DNA of 64,000 nucleotides from Pecten maximus (lineage: Eukaryota): contig NC_047017.1 of the NCBI RefSeq assembly GCF_902652985.1, forward strand, positions 17,794,001 to 17,858,000. The letters run 5' to 3'. The translations under genes were made by a program, and so were the position numbers. A model generated the notes under the pieces. The model had not been told where the DNA came from. It made no database searches and saw only the letters and a program-made list of their open reading frames with translations. Position 1 is the first letter of the stretch. Each line of letters opens with the position of its first letter. This document shows positions 62,401 to 64,000 of the stretch, piece by piece.

Positions 62401-63701
62401 AAAAAATACAAACAACAATAGATTAATCAGTTTTTTTTAAAAAACAGAACAAAATCTGTAAATCTGTGACAAAATTAATTGTGTTTATGTGTACATCAGA
62501 GTCTAAAAATGAATTCACTAATAGTTCTGAAAGATGCTTGATATTTTCTCTTCATGGGAGAGATGAAGAACATGTCGTCTTGGAGGATCATTCCCTCTCA
62601 ACAATCACCAAACTGGGAGTATTTTTGGACATTTTTTGTGGCCAATTTTCTTTACAAGTCATGCATCACTGTAGTAAAAACTGCAAGACTGGCACTGTCA
62701 TCATAAGCAATATAAATTATCTGTAACAAAACCGAAATAAAAATGTGTAAATCATACATATTTAGCAGAACTGGTCTGGGCTGAATCTCGGTGGCCACTG
62801 GCAGCTCAAATGGTTCGAGTGTCTAGAGTTTGGAAGTCCAGGGTTCGAGTCCCAGACTGCAGGTGGTCATTGTGTTTTTCTTAAAACGGTTTTGATTCAA
62901 GACACTTCAGTTTTTTATGCCAATCAGATTTGTAAGCCTATTCATTTGTATATCATCGCCAGGCATATTACAATTGTAGATACAATATACTTACCAGAGT
63001 AGCCTCCCTTCTGGCTGTGACATACACTGCTGTACCCAGAATGACTGTAGCTAGTGTTTGAGGAAATGAGCCGAGATTCACCTCCCCGTGGCCGAGTCTG
63101 TCTCGTACCCTGGGGCCTGATGGGTATTCCAGGAGATCTAGTAGGAGGTCCTGTTGAACATTGAGTATGATTCGGTTACTATACCAGAACATGTTTGTAA
63201 ATTACACCAACAGGACCAGCTGCTCTGAGGGAAACTGAGGAATCCGGGTTCATGTGAAATCTACACAATGAAATGGAGCTAAACATAAGCAATTTTCCAT
63301 TCATGAAGAGTATTGGATACAAGGCTTTACAGGTTTAATGGTACAAGAAGATTTTAACTTATTTGGACTATAGAATCTATGTACCTCAGGGTATGATCTC
63401 AGGTGGTTAATTTGTTCAACTGTCATGCTATCAAGCTTTTCTTCTAAAACAGAATGCCTAAAAGTGGTCAACTTTACCCCTCCGTGAGGAAGTACTTTTA
63501 ACCTACATAATAAGAGAGATAAACTTTGTTTTTGTTACATTGGGATATTACATTTGCCTATATGGCATCATTTAACTGCATGGCTACCTTTCAACAGTAG
63601 AACATTCAACCTCTGACCTCTATAAGACTTACCATACAATTCTCTCCTAACTGAGCTGCAACCTCATTTTTCTGACCAGAAGGTAAACATGGATCTAAAA
63701 T
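59442..63701 (-). CDS. 3' portion (~347 aa) of an unidentified multi-exon gene; 5' end probably beyond the window
   Basis: Phase-consistent GT-AG exons 63701-63633, 63150-62995, 62396-62319, 61881-61811, 61354-61214, 60730-60338, 59577-59442 give one open frame: ILDPCLPSG...DLLLDLLEY...MSLPKAFG...INSVIEQ...STFHYTEL...LLQPMEDG...FLKGVLQY...KQYLAKS*. Confidence 0.78.
62788..62860 (+). mobile_element. Degenerate tRNA-derived SINE head in an intron
   Basis: GGCAGCTCAAATGG (A-box-like) and GGTTCGAGTCCC (B-box); anticodon arm not intact. Confidence 0.5.
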
Positions 63702-64000
63702 CTGAAAAAGAGGTTAGTATCTCATCATCAAACAATGTTATAGCTCAGACATGTACACGGTAGTAAACAGGGCTTGTGGCTAAAATCTGAAAAAGAGGTT
63801 AGTACCTCATCATCAAACAATGTTATAGCTCAGACATGTACACGGTAGTAAACAGGGGGTCTTTTCTGAAACAGGAGTTAGAAATACTAGCACATAGTAA
63901 ACAGGGCCTGGTTCTAAAATCTGAAACAGGGGTTAGAAATACTAGCTCATAGTAAACAGGGCCTGGGTCTAAAATCTGAAACATGAGGTAGAAATGCTGG
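63696..64000. repeat. Tandem repeat (~55-85-bp units) containing TAAAATCTGAAA
   Basis: TAAAATCTGAAA..GAGGTTAG...TAGTAAACAGGG recurs to the window end; the first unit overlaps the acceptor of exon 63701-63633. Confidence 0.85.

Overview
AT-rich, intron-containing eukaryotic DNA; repeat content and gene style suggest a bivalve mollusc (inference). The first 40 kb hold a head-to-tail tandem array of five SLC46-family MFS transporter genes (PCFT/SLC46A3-like). Each has a probable non-coding first exon and four coding exons (~1081, 84, 157 and ~100 nt). Four copies are intact; the fifth has a nonsense codon and a +2 frameshift. The copies look like mosaics from gene conversion, with divergent patches in predicted transmembrane helices, and they share MiT/TFE-type E-boxes at equivalent positions. 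Introns and spacers contain Tc1/mariner, Harbinger, Kolobok and piggyBac-type non-autonomous elements, a decayed Penelope-like retroelement, long hairpin elements and several minisatellites. A 5-kb 25-bp satellite carries a 318-bp hairpin element amplified three times. Two distantly paralogous, single-coding-exon orphan genes follow, both 415 aa. The window ends in the 3' part of an unidentified multi-exon gene on the minus strand. All coordinates were derived by eye.
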